Origin: Alistipes sp.
GTDB lineage: Bacteria > Bacteroidota > Bacteroidia > Bacteroidales > Rikenellaceae
DNA: 64,000 bases
Reading direction: 5' to 3'
Assembly (NCBI GenBank): GCA_022767745.1
Contig: JALENN010000008.1
Coordinates: forward strand, 33,538-97,537
The position numbers and the translations under genes are program-made. This document shows, piece after piece, positions 48,352 to 58,613 of this stretch. Within the stretch, counting starts at the first letter, position 1, and each line of letters begins with the position of its first letter. The notes under the pieces are model-generated. The model was given only the letters and a program-made list of their open reading frames with translations. It was not told the DNA's origin and did not search any database.

Positions 48352-49466
48352 TGAGCCGCAAGTTTAAGATAGCATCGCACGTGTGCCGCACCCTGGTGGG
48401 CCTCATATTCGTCTTCTCGGGTTTCGTGAAGGCGGTTGATCCGTGGGGTACGGCGCTGAAGGTCAACGAGTACCTGTCGATCTACGGCATGGAGCATCTG
48501 AGCAGCGTCAGCATGGTCTTCTCGATATGGCTGTGCGGCTCCGAGCTGATGATGGGCCTTATGCTGCTCTTCAAGGTGCGTACGCGGCTGGTGTCGATCT
48601 TCGCGCTGGCGTCGATGATATTCTTCACGGTGTTGACCTTCCTCAGTGCCACGTGGATACCGGTAGAGGACTGCGGCTGCTTCGGCGACGCGCTGAAACT
48701 TACGCCGTGGGAGACCTTTGCCAAGAATGTGGTTATACTGCCCATGGTGTTCGTGGTGTGGTACCGCTACCGCGGGCGTCCCGTATGGGAGTTCAAGAAG
48801 ATCGAGATATTCCTCACGTCGCTGTTCTTCGTGCTGTCGATGGGGCTGGGCACATATTGTTACTTCACGCTGCCGCTGATCGACTTCCTGCCGTACAAGA
48901 AGGGCGCCAACATTCACGAGATGATCACGGCGCAGCACGACACGGGCGCCGAGACGATGTCGGAGGAGGAGTATGTGCTTGTCTACCGCAACATAGAGAC
49001 GGGCGAGCTGCACGAGTTCTCGATCGACGACGAGGAGTGGCGCGACGAGTCGCGCTGGGAGTGGGTCGAGACGCGTGTCGAGAACGAGTCGTCGGCGGTG
49101 CAGACGCTGGTGAGCGAGTTCTCGCTGTCGGATCCCGAGGGTAACGTGACCGACGACCTGCTCACACGCGCGGGCGAGGTGTACCTTATCTGTGTCACCG
49201 ATTTCGACGACATAGGCGACGGCTGCCGCCATCGTCTGCGCCGCGTCGTGGAGCATGCCCGCGGGCAGGGGGCGACGGTTGTGTGCATCACGCCCAAGCC
49301 GCTGCGCAGCGTCACCTATTACCGCTTCGACGGCAGCGACGAGGTGCGCTGCTACAATATCGACGCTACGGTGATGAAGACCGTGCTGCGTGCCCGCAAC
49401 GGCCTTGTGGTGCTGCGTGACGGTGTTATAGAGGCAAAATACAACTGCGGCAGCATCGATCTGTAA
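48348..49466 (+). CDS. DoxX/MauE-family membrane protein with periplasmic thioredoxin-like domain
   Basis: FSGFVKAVDP.GT..K..EY, DCGCFGDAL, IDFLPYKKG, TVLRARNGLVVLRDG. Confidence 0.8.
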   Translation: MMSRKFKIASHVCRTLVGLIFVFSGFVKAVDPWGTALKVNEYLSIYGMEHLSSVSMVFSIWLCGSELMMGLMLLFKVRTRLVSIFALASMIFFTVLTFLSATWIPVEDCGCFGDALKLTPWETFAKNVVILPMVFVVWYRYRGRPVWEFKKIEIFLTSLFFVLSMGLGTYCYFTLPLIDFLPYKKGANIHEMITAQHDTGAETMSEEEYVLVYRNIETGELHEFSIDDEEWRDESRWEWVETRVENESSAVQTLVSEFSLSDPEGNVTDDLLTRAGEVYLICVTDFDDIGDGCRHRLRRVVEHARGQGATVVCITPKPLRSVTYYRFDGSDEVRCYNIDATVMKTVLRARNGLVVLRDGVIEAKYNCGSIDL

Positions 49467-49505
49467 CGGGGCGGCAATGGCCTCCGGGCAATCGTCGTGA
49501 GACAG

Positions 49506-49536
49506 CAGACCTTCTGTGCGGAAGGTCTGTTTTTTT
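49506..49536 (+). terminator. intrinsic terminator
   Basis: CAGACCTTC-tgtgcg-GAAGGTCTG plus T7. Confidence 0.85.
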
Positions 49537-49698
49537 GTGTGCGCTCCGCCTGATGCCGCGCTTGCCGCCGCGAAGCGCGGGCATATGGGTGCCGAGGGGG
49601 TGTCCTGTTTGCCGTTACAATGGTAATAATCGTAGCTTTATTGCATAATTTATGGCAAAATAGTTATCTTTGCTCGTATATAATCCGAAGTGAATCGT

Positions 49699-52686
49699 AT
49701 GCAGAGAAGAGTATTGTTATTGGCCCTGTCGCTGCTGGCTGCCGGTACGTTCGGAGCCGCCGCACAGGCTCCGTCGATAGACGATGCCATAAAGCGAGGT
49801 GTCTCGTTGTACAACTTCGGTCATTGGGCCGAAGCGCGTACGGAGTTTAGGAATGCCCGCGAGCAGCTCTCGCCGGTGAAGGACCGTTTGCGTGTCGAGA
49901 AGATCGACTACTATCTTGCGCTGTGCGACATGGAGCTGCGCACGGCTGATGCCGAAAGCCGTATGAGGCGTTTCCTGGACTCGTACAACGGCTCGTCGTA
50001 TTCCAACGAGATACAGTTCTCGCTGGGCGCATATTACTGTATGCTGGACGACACGCAGCGCGCCGAGGAGGAGCTCTCGAAGGTGCGTTACGAGAGCCTT
50101 GCCCCCCAGTACAAGGACAAGTACGACCTTCGCATGGGCTACATGGCCTTCATGAAGGGCGACTACGACAATGCCGACCGCTATTTCGGCCGTATCGCTC
50201 CCTCGAGCGAATATGCCGACCATGCCGTCTACTATAAATCCTATATGGCCTATTCGCGCGGCGACTTCGATACGGCGCGCAACGGTTTCAACGCGCTGCT
50301 GAAGAGCCCGATATACCGCGACCTGATGCCTTTCTACCTCATGCAGATCGACTTCAAGAGCGGCGATTACCGCGCTGTGGCCGACAAGGGAGAGGAGCTG
50401 CTGTCTCACACCACGCAGGAGCAGGCCGTGCAGATACGCCGCATGATGGCCGAGTCGTGGTTCCAGCTTGGCGACTACGACAAGGCTGTGTCATACATGA
50501 ACACCTACCGTGAGGCCGGCGGCGAGATGAAGCGCGTCGAGAACTATATCCTTGGATACTCGCTCTACCGTCAGACTTTCTATTCCGATGCCGAGGAGTA
50601 CCTGCGCCAGGCGTGCGGTGCCGACGACATGCTCACGCAGAATGCGTCGTACAACCTTGCCGACTGCTATCTCCGTGCCGGCGACAAGGAGAACGCAATG
50701 CGTTCGTTCGCCATGGCCGCCTCGTCGGCCTACGACAAGGATATAGCCGAGGATGCGCTGTTCAACTACGGCAAGCTGCAGTACGAACTGGGCGGCGGCG
50801 TCTTCAACGAGGCGATCAACGTGCTGAGCCGCTATGTGGAGCTCTATCCTTCGTCGCCGCGCGTGATGGAGGCACGGCGCCTGCTCATCGCCGCGTACTA
50901 CAATTCGCACAACTATTCGGAGGCATACCACGCCATACGCAACTTCCCCAACCCCGATGCCGACGCCATGCAGGCACTGCAGAAGATAGCCTACTTCAAC
51001 GGCCTTGAGTCGTACGTGTCGGGCGATCTGTCCGAGGCCGAGAGCTCGCTGCAGGAGTCGCTGGAGGTGGGCCTTAATGCCAAGTACAACGCGCTGGCAT
51101 CGTTCTGGCTCGGCGAGATAGCCTATGCTTCGGGCGATACGGCCGAGGCGCTGCAGCGCTACCGCAACTATATGGCGCGCGCACCCCGCTCGGGCAACGA
51201 GTACGCCATGGCGCAGTACAATATCGGATACTGCTACTTCAACAAGGACGAGTATGCGGCCGCAGGCGAGGCCTTCGACAAGTTCCTATCGCTCTACCGC
51301 CAGCGCGACTCGTACCGTGCCGATGCGCTGAACCGTCTGGGCGACGTGCACTACGCCTCGCGCGAGTTCGACGAGGCCGTCAAGTGCTACGACGCAGCTG
51401 CGGCAATAGGTACGGCGGAGCGTTACTACTCGCAGTATCAGCGTGCCGTAACGCTCGGTGCGCAGAACAACGTCTCGCAGAAGATCGAGAGCCTGCAGCG
51501 TATCGTGCAGCAGGACCGCGGCGATTATGTCGATGCGGCGACCTATGAGCTGGGCCGCACCTATATCGGCGATGCGCAGTACGAGGCCGGCGTGAAGGTG
51601 CTGGAGCGTTTCGTGGGTCAGTATCCCAACTCGCGCTACCATACGCAGGCGCTGTCGGATCTGGGCCTGGCGTATATGAACCTCGGCCAGAGGGACAAGG
51701 CGCTCAAGTATTACGACATGGTGGTCAAGTCGGCACCGCAGTCGGCGCAGTCGAAGAGCGCCATGCAGGGCATCCGCGAGATATACATTGCGCAGGGCGA
51801 TGTCGATTCCTACTTCGACTATGCCAAGAAGACCGGTCTGGAGGGCAACATGAGCGAGATGACGCGCGATTCGCTCTCTTACACGGCGGCGCAGAAACTC
51901 TACCTCGACAACAAGACCACGGAGGCCGCAACGTCGTTTACCTCCTATCTGTCGAACTTCCCCAAGGGATACTATCGTAACGATGCACTCTTCTACCTGA
52001 GCGACTGCCATATACGCGACGGCCGCAACGACGAGGCCATGAAGTCTCTCTCGGAGCTGGCGGCGCAGGGACATACGCAGTATTCGGAGCGCGTGTTGGA
52101 CCGCCTCTCGTCGATGTATTACGAAGCGGGGCAGTTCGAGCAGGCTGCCGGTGCGTTCCGTTCGCTCTATGACGAGGCTTCGACGTCGGCCGCCAAGATA
52201 AATGCCGCTTCGGGTTATGTGGCCTCGACGTTGAAGTATGCCGACGACAACGGCATCATGGCCATGGCGGACGACGTGGCGTCGATGGCCGAGGTTAACG
52301 ATACGGCACGCCGCAAGGCACAGTTCGCCAAGGCGAAGGTGTTGCAGCGTCAGGGTAAGGGCGAGGATGCGATGGCCATATTCGAGAAACTGGCCACCGA
52401 GACCAAGAGCGCCGAGGGCGCCGAGTCGCGCTATCGCCTGATCGAGGCCCAGTTTGCGGCCAAGAACTACGACCGCGCCGAGAAGATGGTATATGAGTTC
52501 TCGGACAGCAACACGCCGCAGAACTACTGGCTGGCCAAGGCCTTCATCCTTCTGGGTGACATATACATGAGCCGCGGCGACAGCTTCCAGGCCCGTGCTA
52601 CATATCAGAGCGTTGTGGACGGCTACTCGCCTGCCGATGACGGCATAGTCGAGGAGGCCAAGTCGAAAATTGCTAAAATCAACTGA
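49699..52686 (+). CDS. large secreted tetratricopeptide-repeat protein
   Basis: Signal peptide, many TPR-like repeats (A.Y.LG..Y); TATCTTTG at 49665-49672. Confidence 0.9.
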   Translation: MQRRVLLLALSLLAAGTFGAAAQAPSIDDAIKRGVSLYNFGHWAEARTEFRNAREQLSPVKDRLRVEKIDYYLALCDMELRTADAESRMRRFLDSYNGSSYSNEIQFSLGAYYCMLDDTQRAEEELSKVRYESLAPQYKDKYDLRMGYMAFMKGDYDNADRYFGRIAPSSEYADHAVYYKSYMAYSRGDFDTARNGFNALLKSPIYRDLMPFYLMQIDFKSGDYRAVADKGEELLSHTTQEQAVQIRRMMAESWFQLGDYDKAVSYMNTYREAGGEMKRVENYILGYSLYRQTFYSDAEEYLRQACGADDMLTQNASYNLADCYLRAGDKENAMRSFAMAASSAYDKDIAEDALFNYGKLQYELGGGVFNEAINVLSRYVELYPSSPRVMEARRLLIAAYYNSHNYSEAYHAIRNFPNPDADAMQALQKIAYFNGLESYVSGDLSEAESSLQESLEVGLNAKYNALASFWLGEIAYASGDTAEALQRYRNYMARAPRSGNEYAMAQYNIGYCYFNKDEYAAAGEAFDKFLSLYRQRDSYRADALNRLGDVHYASREFDEAVKCYDAAAAIGTAERYYSQYQRAVTLGAQNNVSQKIESLQRIVQQDRGDYVDAATYELGRTYIGDAQYEAGVKVLERFVGQYPNSRYHTQALSDLGLAYMNLGQRDKALKYYDMVVKSAPQSAQSKSAMQGIREIYIAQGDVDSYFDYAKKTGLEGNMSEMTRDSLSYTAAQKLYLDNKTTEAATSFTSYLSNFPKGYYRNDALFYLSDCHIRDGRNDEAMKSLSELAAQGHTQYSERVLDRLSSMYYEAGQFEQAAGAFRSLYDEASTSAAKINAASGYVASTLKYADDNGIMAMADDVASMAEVNDTARRKAQFAKAKVLQRQGKGEDAMAIFEKLATETKSAEGAESRYRLIEAQFAAKNYDRAEKMVYEFSDSNTPQNYWLAKAFILLGDIYMSRGDSFQARATYQSVVDGYSPADDGIVEEAKSKIAKIN

Positions 52687-52688
52687 TT

Positions 52689-54344
52689 ATGAAGAGACTG
52701 TCATATATAGTGCTGATGCTGGCGCTGCCCGTGGTGGCGTCGGCGCAGGTGGCCAAGCAGGTGGAGGTGACGAAGGACTATGTGCCGATGGTCAAGTCGG
52801 CGCAGAAACTCTCGGTCATCCCCGACATGACCGATACGGTCACCATGCAGCCCGATATCGAGTATGAGATTACGCCGCGGTCGTACCAGACCTCGATGCT
52901 GGTCGAGAACTTCCGCCCGGCGACAATCACCTATTGGGATTTCAACCGTTCGCGCCCGTTCTATCTGCGCGGGGCGTTCGGAGTACCTCTTACGAGCGAG
53001 GCCGACCTCTATGTCTCGACCTATAACAAGGATCGCGGCTATGCCATGGCCTATGTGAACCATTGGGGCGACTACCGCAACCGCCACAACTATCTGGGCG
53101 ATAAGGTCACGTCCGACATCACCGAGATGAGCAACCGTGTCGGTGGCCGTGCAGGCCTTATCGTGCGGCGCCACATGCTGGAGGTTGACATCTATGGCGA
53201 CCAGCAACTGCGCCACCGTTATCCCGCACTGGGTGAGAAGATACTCTTCGGCAACGTAGCGGGCAAGATACGTTTCGGCGACGACTTTACCGACATGAGC
53301 CGCTGGAACTTCAATATCGAGATCGGAGGCAACATCTTCGGCGAGAACTATGTTCCCGAAGGTGTGCAGAAGCACAACCAGTCGCAGGCCAATGCCCGCT
53401 TCGAGCTGGGCAAGCTGCTGGGCGGACGCCATATATTCAAGGTGCATGCCGGATATACGGGAGTCTTCGGGTCGGCTGCGCTGAGCGAATATACCGACAA
53501 CACGGTCATGGCGGGCCTGCGTTACGGCATAAGCGGCCGCCGCATGGAGTTCCTTATCGGTGGCGACTACTACTATGACAAGTTGGACGGTTCTACCGAC
53601 AGCCCCCACAAGGTGTTCCCATACCTGAAGCTCACGTGGAAGAACACGTCGGAGAAGTTCGTTCCATATGTCGAGGTCGACGGTGGCATACGCCGTCACG
53701 ACTACGGGTCGCTGATCTACGAAAACCCCTATCTGCGTCTGCCCGAGGGTGGCGAGGAGGCGTTCCTCGCTATTCCCAACGAGTCGGTATATAACGGCCG
53801 CGTGGGTTTTGGCGGCAACTTCGGCGGCGGCGTCTTCGCCTATGACGTATCGGCCGAGCTGGCGTTGAACGACAACCACTTCTACTGGTACAGCTACAAC
53901 TATTCCGACTACAACGGTACGAATGCCTATCAGCAGAGCCTGCGCATTGACGGAAATCTGAAGTTCCGTCCCATCGGTCAGTTCGAGGCCGAGTTCCATG
54001 CCGGCGTCTATGCGTGGGAGAACTATGACGGCTTCTACAGCAGCCGTCCGAGCGCCGAGGTGGGCGGTGCGTTGCGATACATCGGCCGCAAGATCACGGC
54101 GGGCGTGACGCTCGACTACCGCAACCGTATCAAGTGGATGGACATGGATATGAACAGCAATACGATCGTCGAGTACCGTACGCCCTCGACGTTCTGCCTC
54201 AATCTCGATGCCGAGTGGCGCATAAACGACCGCTGGGCCGTCTTTGCCGAGGGCCGTAACCTTACGGGAAGCGCGGTGTATGACTGGGCATACTACTATT
54301 ACGATACGGCGCAGGGACTTCTGGGTGTGAAGTTCACCTTCTAA
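52689..54344 (+). CDS. outer-membrane beta-barrel protein (often labelled TonB-dependent receptor)
   Basis: Signal peptide, amphipathic beta-strand pattern, C-terminal GVKFTF. Confidence 0.75.
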   Translation: MKRLSYIVLMLALPVVASAQVAKQVEVTKDYVPMVKSAQKLSVIPDMTDTVTMQPDIEYEITPRSYQTSMLVENFRPATITYWDFNRSRPFYLRGAFGVPLTSEADLYVSTYNKDRGYAMAYVNHWGDYRNRHNYLGDKVTSDITEMSNRVGGRAGLIVRRHMLEVDIYGDQQLRHRYPALGEKILFGNVAGKIRFGDDFTDMSRWNFNIEIGGNIFGENYVPEGVQKHNQSQANARFELGKLLGGRHIFKVHAGYTGVFGSAALSEYTDNTVMAGLRYGISGRRMEFLIGGDYYYDKLDGSTDSPHKVFPYLKLTWKNTSEKFVPYVEVDGGIRRHDYGSLIYENPYLRLPEGGEEAFLAIPNESVYNGRVGFGGNFGGGVFAYDVSAELALNDNHFYWYSYNYSDYNGTNAYQQSLRIDGNLKFRPIGQFEAEFHAGVYAWENYDGFYSSRPSAEVGGALRYIGRKITAGVTLDYRNRIKWMDMDMNSNTIVEYRTPSTFCLNLDAEWRINDRWAVFAEGRNLTGSAVYDWAYYYYDTAQGLLGVKFTF

Positions 54345-54366
54345 GGGCCGATAGCCGAAATGCAAT

Positions 54367-54401
54367 AAGCGGAAGTCCGACAGGGCTTCCGCTTGTTTTT
54401 T
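54367..54401. terminator. intrinsic terminator
   Basis: AAGCGGAAGTCC-gaca-GGGCTTCCGCTT plus GTTTTTT. Confidence 0.85.
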
Positions 54402-54421
54402 GCAGCACGGCTTACGGGGCC

Positions 54422-55747
54422 TTATTTGCTGTCGGGCCCGGCCTGCACGAACACCTTTGTAAGGCGATGCGACATGAGGAATTCGAATATTCCGCGCAGC
54501 AGCATGAACGAGGTGAACGCCAGCCACAGGGCGTTGTTGCCTATCAGCGGGTGCGTGGCGTAGAATATGCCGAAGTAGGCCGCTGTGGCGAGCAGCATCG
54601 AGTCGCGCATGATGCGTGACTGCGTGGCGCCGACCATGATGCCGTCCATGACGAAGGGCATGGCCGCTACGAGCGGTATTGCGATGATCCAGCCGATGTA
54701 GTTGCCGGCATAGTCGACGATGAGCTGTGCGTCGGCCGTGGCGTCGTCGATGAACAGGTGCAGCAGCTGTTGCCACCATCCAATGTAGATGCCGACGTAG
54801 GTTATTGCCACCACCATGCACCACGCCATGCAGCGGCGTACGCAGCGCCGCAGCGAGTGGGGGTCGCGTGCGCCGATGAAGCGGCCGGTGAGGGCCTCGG
54901 CGGCGTATGCGAACCCGTCGTTCATGTACGAGAACAGGGTGAACAGCTGCAGCAGGATGGTGTTCACGGCCAGCAGTATGGGGTCGTCCATGCGGGCCGA
55001 GGCGGCGGTGAAGAAGGTGTAGGCGGCCACGATGCAGAGCGTGCGTATGATGATGTCGCGGTTGATGACGAAGAACTCGCGCATGGCCGAGAGGTCCATT
55101 ACCTCGTGCCACGTTATGGCGACGAAGCGGCGGCGGTAGTGCAGCCACGTTATGACGAGCGTCGCTGCCACACCCGTCCACTGGGCCACGACCGAGGCGT
55201 AGGCTATGCCGACGATGCCCATGTCGAAGCCGAAGGCGAACCATACGCTGCAGGCGATGTGTATGACGTTGACGGCGATGGCCACTATCATCGGTATTAT
55301 GGCGTTCTGCATGCCCGTGAGCCAGCCGTTGAGGCCGAAGAGCATGACTCCGGCCGGTACGGCCCATATGCGGGCGAAGAAGTAGTCGGCCACCATCGTG
55401 TCGCCGTGCATGATGCGTATGGCGGCCAGTCCTATGGGGCGCTGTAGTATGAGCACGCCGAATCCTACGACGAAGGATACGAAGGCGGCGCGGGCGAGCA
55501 TCAGGGTCGTTGTGTGCATGTCGCCGGCACCGAATGCCTGTGCCGTAAGGCCGCTTGTGCCCATGCGTATAAAGCTGCAGTTCCAGTATATGAAGTTGAA
55601 AATCGACACGCCGATGGCCAGTGCGCCTATCGTCGAGGCCGACCCTCCCCATTGTCCGGCGATGACGGTGCCGGCGATTCCCATGATGGGGACGGTGATG
55701 TTCGAGATGATGTTGGGTAGCGCTATGCGCAGTATTTCGCGGTTCAT
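54422..55747 (-). CDS. MATE family transporter (DinF-like)
   Basis: ALPNIISNITVP, FIRMGTSGLTAQAFGA, DGFAYAAEALTG; TATCTTTG element at 55777-55784. Confidence 0.92.
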   Translation of the reverse strand: MNREILRIALPNIISNITVPIMGIAGTVIAGQWGGSASTIGALAIGVSIFNFIYWNCSFIRMGTSGLTAQAFGAGDMHTTTLMLARAAFVSFVVGFGVLILQRPIGLAAIRIMHGDTMVADYFFARIWAVPAGVMLFGLNGWLTGMQNAIIPMIVAIAVNVIHIACSVWFAFGFDMGIVGIAYASVVAQWTGVAATLVITWLHYRRRFVAITWHEVMDLSAMREFFVINRDIIIRTLCIVAAYTFFTAASARMDDPILLAVNTILLQLFTLFSYMNDGFAYAAEALTGRFIGARDPHSLRRCVRRCMAWCMVVAITYVGIYIGWWQQLLHLFIDDATADAQLIVDYAGNYIGWIIAIPLVAAMPFVMDGIMVGATQSRIMRDSMLLATAAYFGIFYATHPLIGNNALWLAFTSFMLLRGIFEFLMSHRLTKVFVQAGPDSK

Positions 55748-55899
55748 GCCCATATACGTATGCTGTAAGTTCGGGACAAAGATACAACATTCCCGCATAT
55801 GGAGGCCGTTCGCGCGGCGGCGAGTGCTTTTTTGGCCGGTTATTCGGTGCGGCAGTGCCCCACGTAAGGAAATTTGATTACCTTTGCCGCATAAATCTT

Positions 55900-57294
55900 A
55901 TGTCTATCGTTATGAGAAGCAACAAACAGGATTCGACCTCTGCCGTATCGCGCTTCGGCCGCGACAAACGCGTCCGCACAGCCTCGGCCGAGCATGTCGA
56001 CCGCAACCCTCGTCCACGGCGTGAAGTCGACGGCGACGGGTATCCGCAGCGCGGCGGAGAACGCCAGCATGCAGGCAAACGCGCATCGTTCAACCCCAAT
56101 TTCTCGGCCGACAACCGCCTGCGTGAGGGAGGCGAATACGGTCGCGATGCAGTGCGCGGCGAGCGACAGGGCTCGTTCCGCGACGAACGCGGCGAGCGTC
56201 CGACACGCCAGTCGCGTCCGCAGCATTTCCGCTCGGAGCGTGGCGATCATGCGCCGCATGGAGAACGCCCTTCGTACGGTGATCGTACGGCGCGCGGAGA
56301 GCGTCCTTCGTTCGGAGGCCGTCAGCACCGCGACGGCGACAATGGCGGTTTCGAAAGCCGCGAGTTCCGTTCACGCGGCGGCCGTAGCTTTGAGCGCGGC
56401 GGCTCGGATTCGGAGCAGGGCCGCAAGTCCTATCGCGACGGAGCCTCGTCGCGATTCAATCGTAACGATGGAGGCCGTCCGGCAGGCCGTGGCAGCCGTC
56501 CGGAGCAGAACGGCAAGCGTTCGTACCGTGCCGGCGACAAGCCCGACCACTATCCCAAGTACGCGCCGTCGAAGATGCCGACCGAGATGCGTCTGAACCG
56601 TTTTCTGGCGCAGTCGGGTCTCTGCTCGCGCCGCGAGGCCGACGACTACATACAGGCCGGTCTGGTTACCGTAAACGGCGTTATCGTATCGGAGCTGGGT
56701 ACGAAGGTGAAGCCTACCGACGACGTGCGTTTCAACGACGAGCGCATCCAGGGCGAGAAGAAAGTCTACCTTGTGCTTAACAAGCCCAAGGGCTATGTCA
56801 CCTCGATGGAGGATCCCCATGCCGACAAGACGGTGATGGATCTGGTGAAGAACGCCTGCACGGAGCGTATCTATCCCGTGGGTCGTCTCGACAAGAACAG
56901 CCTCGGCCTGCTGCTCTTCACCAACGACGGCGACGTTGCCAGCCAGCTTACGCACCCCTCGCTCGAGAAGAAGAAGATCTATCAGGTGACGCTCGACAAG
57001 GCCCTTACGCGTGCCGACATGGAGCGTATAGCCGAGGGCATCACGCTCGAGGACGGCGAGGTATATGCCGACGAGATTGCTTATACGAGCGACAACAAGA
57101 AGGAGGTGGGCATCGAGATACACTCGGGCCGCAACCGTATCGTGCGACGCATATTCGAGCATCTGGGCTATGCTGTGCAGAAGCTCGACCGCGTATATTA
57201 TGCCGGTATCACCAAGAAGAACCTCAAGCGCGGTGCATGGCGATTCCTTACGCGCGAAGAGGTGGAGCGCCTCAAGAGCGGACGTTACGAGTAA
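55900..57294 (+). CDS. rluB: rRNA pseudouridine synthase (RluB/RsuA family) with long disordered N-terminus
   Basis: MRLNRFLAQSG.CSRREAD (S4), LNKPKGY, YPVGRLDKNS.GLLL.TNDG, GRNRIVRR. Confidence 0.85.
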   Translation: MSIVMRSNKQDSTSAVSRFGRDKRVRTASAEHVDRNPRPRREVDGDGYPQRGGERQHAGKRASFNPNFSADNRLREGGEYGRDAVRGERQGSFRDERGERPTRQSRPQHFRSERGDHAPHGERPSYGDRTARGERPSFGGRQHRDGDNGGFESREFRSRGGRSFERGGSDSEQGRKSYRDGASSRFNRNDGGRPAGRGSRPEQNGKRSYRAGDKPDHYPKYAPSKMPTEMRLNRFLAQSGLCSRREADDYIQAGLVTVNGVIVSELGTKVKPTDDVRFNDERIQGEKKVYLVLNKPKGYVTSMEDPHADKTVMDLVKNACTERIYPVGRLDKNSLGLLLFTNDGDVASQLTHPSLEKKKIYQVTLDKALTRADMERIAEGITLEDGEVYADEIAYTSDNKKEVGIEIHSGRNRIVRRIFEHLGYAVQKLDRVYYAGITKKNLKRGAWRFLTREEVERLKSGRYE

Positions 57295-57323
57295 CGTAAC
57301 CGCGGGGCGAATCCCGATAAATG

Positions 57324-57365
57324 AAAAATGGCGGAAACTCCATACGGGTTTCCGCCATTTTTGTT
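57324..57365. terminator. bidirectional terminator
   Basis: AAAATGGCGGAAAC-loop-GTTTCCGCCATTTT. Confidence 0.85.
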
Positions 57366-57384
57366 GTATGAACTGGAGTCGTTG

Positions 57385-58602
57385 TTAATGCGTCGCCTTG
57401 TACCACGGAGTGAGAGTATATTCGTAGCGATAGACCTCGGCTGGGGCCGATGTGCTCAGGCCCGAATAGGTGTTGATGGGGTACGATCCCGCAACGCCGT
57501 AGTTCGACCAGAACGACGAGAGCGTATATTTATATGGTACGCACCGCTCCAGCTGCTCGGCAAACGAAGCCTTGAGGGCAGCGTCGCCGCACGCCTTGTC
57601 GACGTAGTCGCCCAGGTCGTAGAATATGTGCTGCCACTGTCCCTCGTAGGACTGCAGCTTAGACAGGACGGGCTGTGTCGTGGCATCCGAGGCGTTTATC
57701 TGTTTCATCACCGAGGCCAGGCCCTCTATCTGCGAGCAGTCGATTGCGGCAACCGAGCCCGAATAGCCGTATATCGAGGCGTAGTAGTCGTGGAATGCAC
57801 GGCATGTGCCGTCGATGTCGGGCGTGAGGCCGTTGCCCGCGAGCAGTTGCGGCAGCACGTCGCTGTAGGGGAATCCGTCGCCGATGACCTCGCACGGTGC
57901 GCCGATGATGTACTCGGCCGTATTGCGCAGCATGTAGGCCGACTCGATGTTGGCCATGAAGCAGGCGTCGAAGAGCAGGTAACGGAACTTCTCGCCCGTG
58001 GCGGCCAAGGCGTCGGCTATGGTGGCTATCTCGAAGTGGTTCGAGGCGTCGGCAGAGTATATCTCGCCGAAGAAACGCGTGACGACATCGCTCGGGGCCT
58101 TGCGCCAGTAGTCGGCCGTAGCAGCGCCGGGATGTGTTGCTGCGGTCGTGGTCGAGGGCATCACGGCGGGTATCCATGCCGTGGCGTGGCCCGCCATTAC
58201 CAAACCGTAGCTCTCGGCCGGGGCCAGGCGCATCATCTCCGAGAGGAAGAATGACATGTCCTCGCCGTCGGCTATGGGCGGCATCTCGTATGTGGCGAGG
58301 GTCTGTTCGATGCACTTGCCGTTCTGGTTCGACAGCTCTATTATGCGGCCGCTGTTGCGGTTGCTGCCCTGATAGAAGCATACTACGCGGCAGTTGCCGG
58401 CCGCGCCGCGAGCTATGGCCTCGGCGGCGGCATCGATGTTGCGGGCGAAGTAGTACGACAGCTGCGTCCCCGTGAAGTAGAACATCAGCGTTTGCGGCGT
58501 GGGGCCGTCCTCCCTGGGGGCTTTGCTCTTGCCGCACGACGTGGCGAGCAGCGTTGCCGCCGCCGTGAGCATCAGGACGATATGTCGCAGTGTATGGCGC
58601 AT
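57385..58602 (-). CDS. clostripain-family (C11) cysteine peptidase lipoprotein
   Basis: Lipobox ATS-C; YGLVMAGHATAW (His), LFDACFMANIE (Cys), APCEV.G.GFPY. Confidence 0.88.
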   Translation of the reverse strand: MRHTLRHIVLMLTAAATLLATSCGKSKAPREDGPTPQTLMFYFTGTQLSYYFARNIDAAAEAIARGAAGNCRVVCFYQGSNRNSGRIIELSNQNGKCIEQTLATYEMPPIADGEDMSFFLSEMMRLAPAESYGLVMAGHATAWIPAVMPSTTTAATHPGAATADYWRKAPSDVVTRFFGEIYSADASNHFEIATIADALAATGEKFRYLLFDACFMANIESAYMLRNTAEYIIGAPCEVIGDGFPYSDVLPQLLAGNGLTPDIDGTCRAFHDYYASIYGYSGSVAAIDCSQIEGLASVMKQINASDATTQPVLSKLQSYEGQWQHIFYDLGDYVDKACGDAALKASFAEQLERCVPYKYTLSSFWSNYGVAGSYPINTYSGLSTSAPAEVYRYEYTLTPWYKATH

Positions 58603-58613
58603 GGGCGTTGTTT

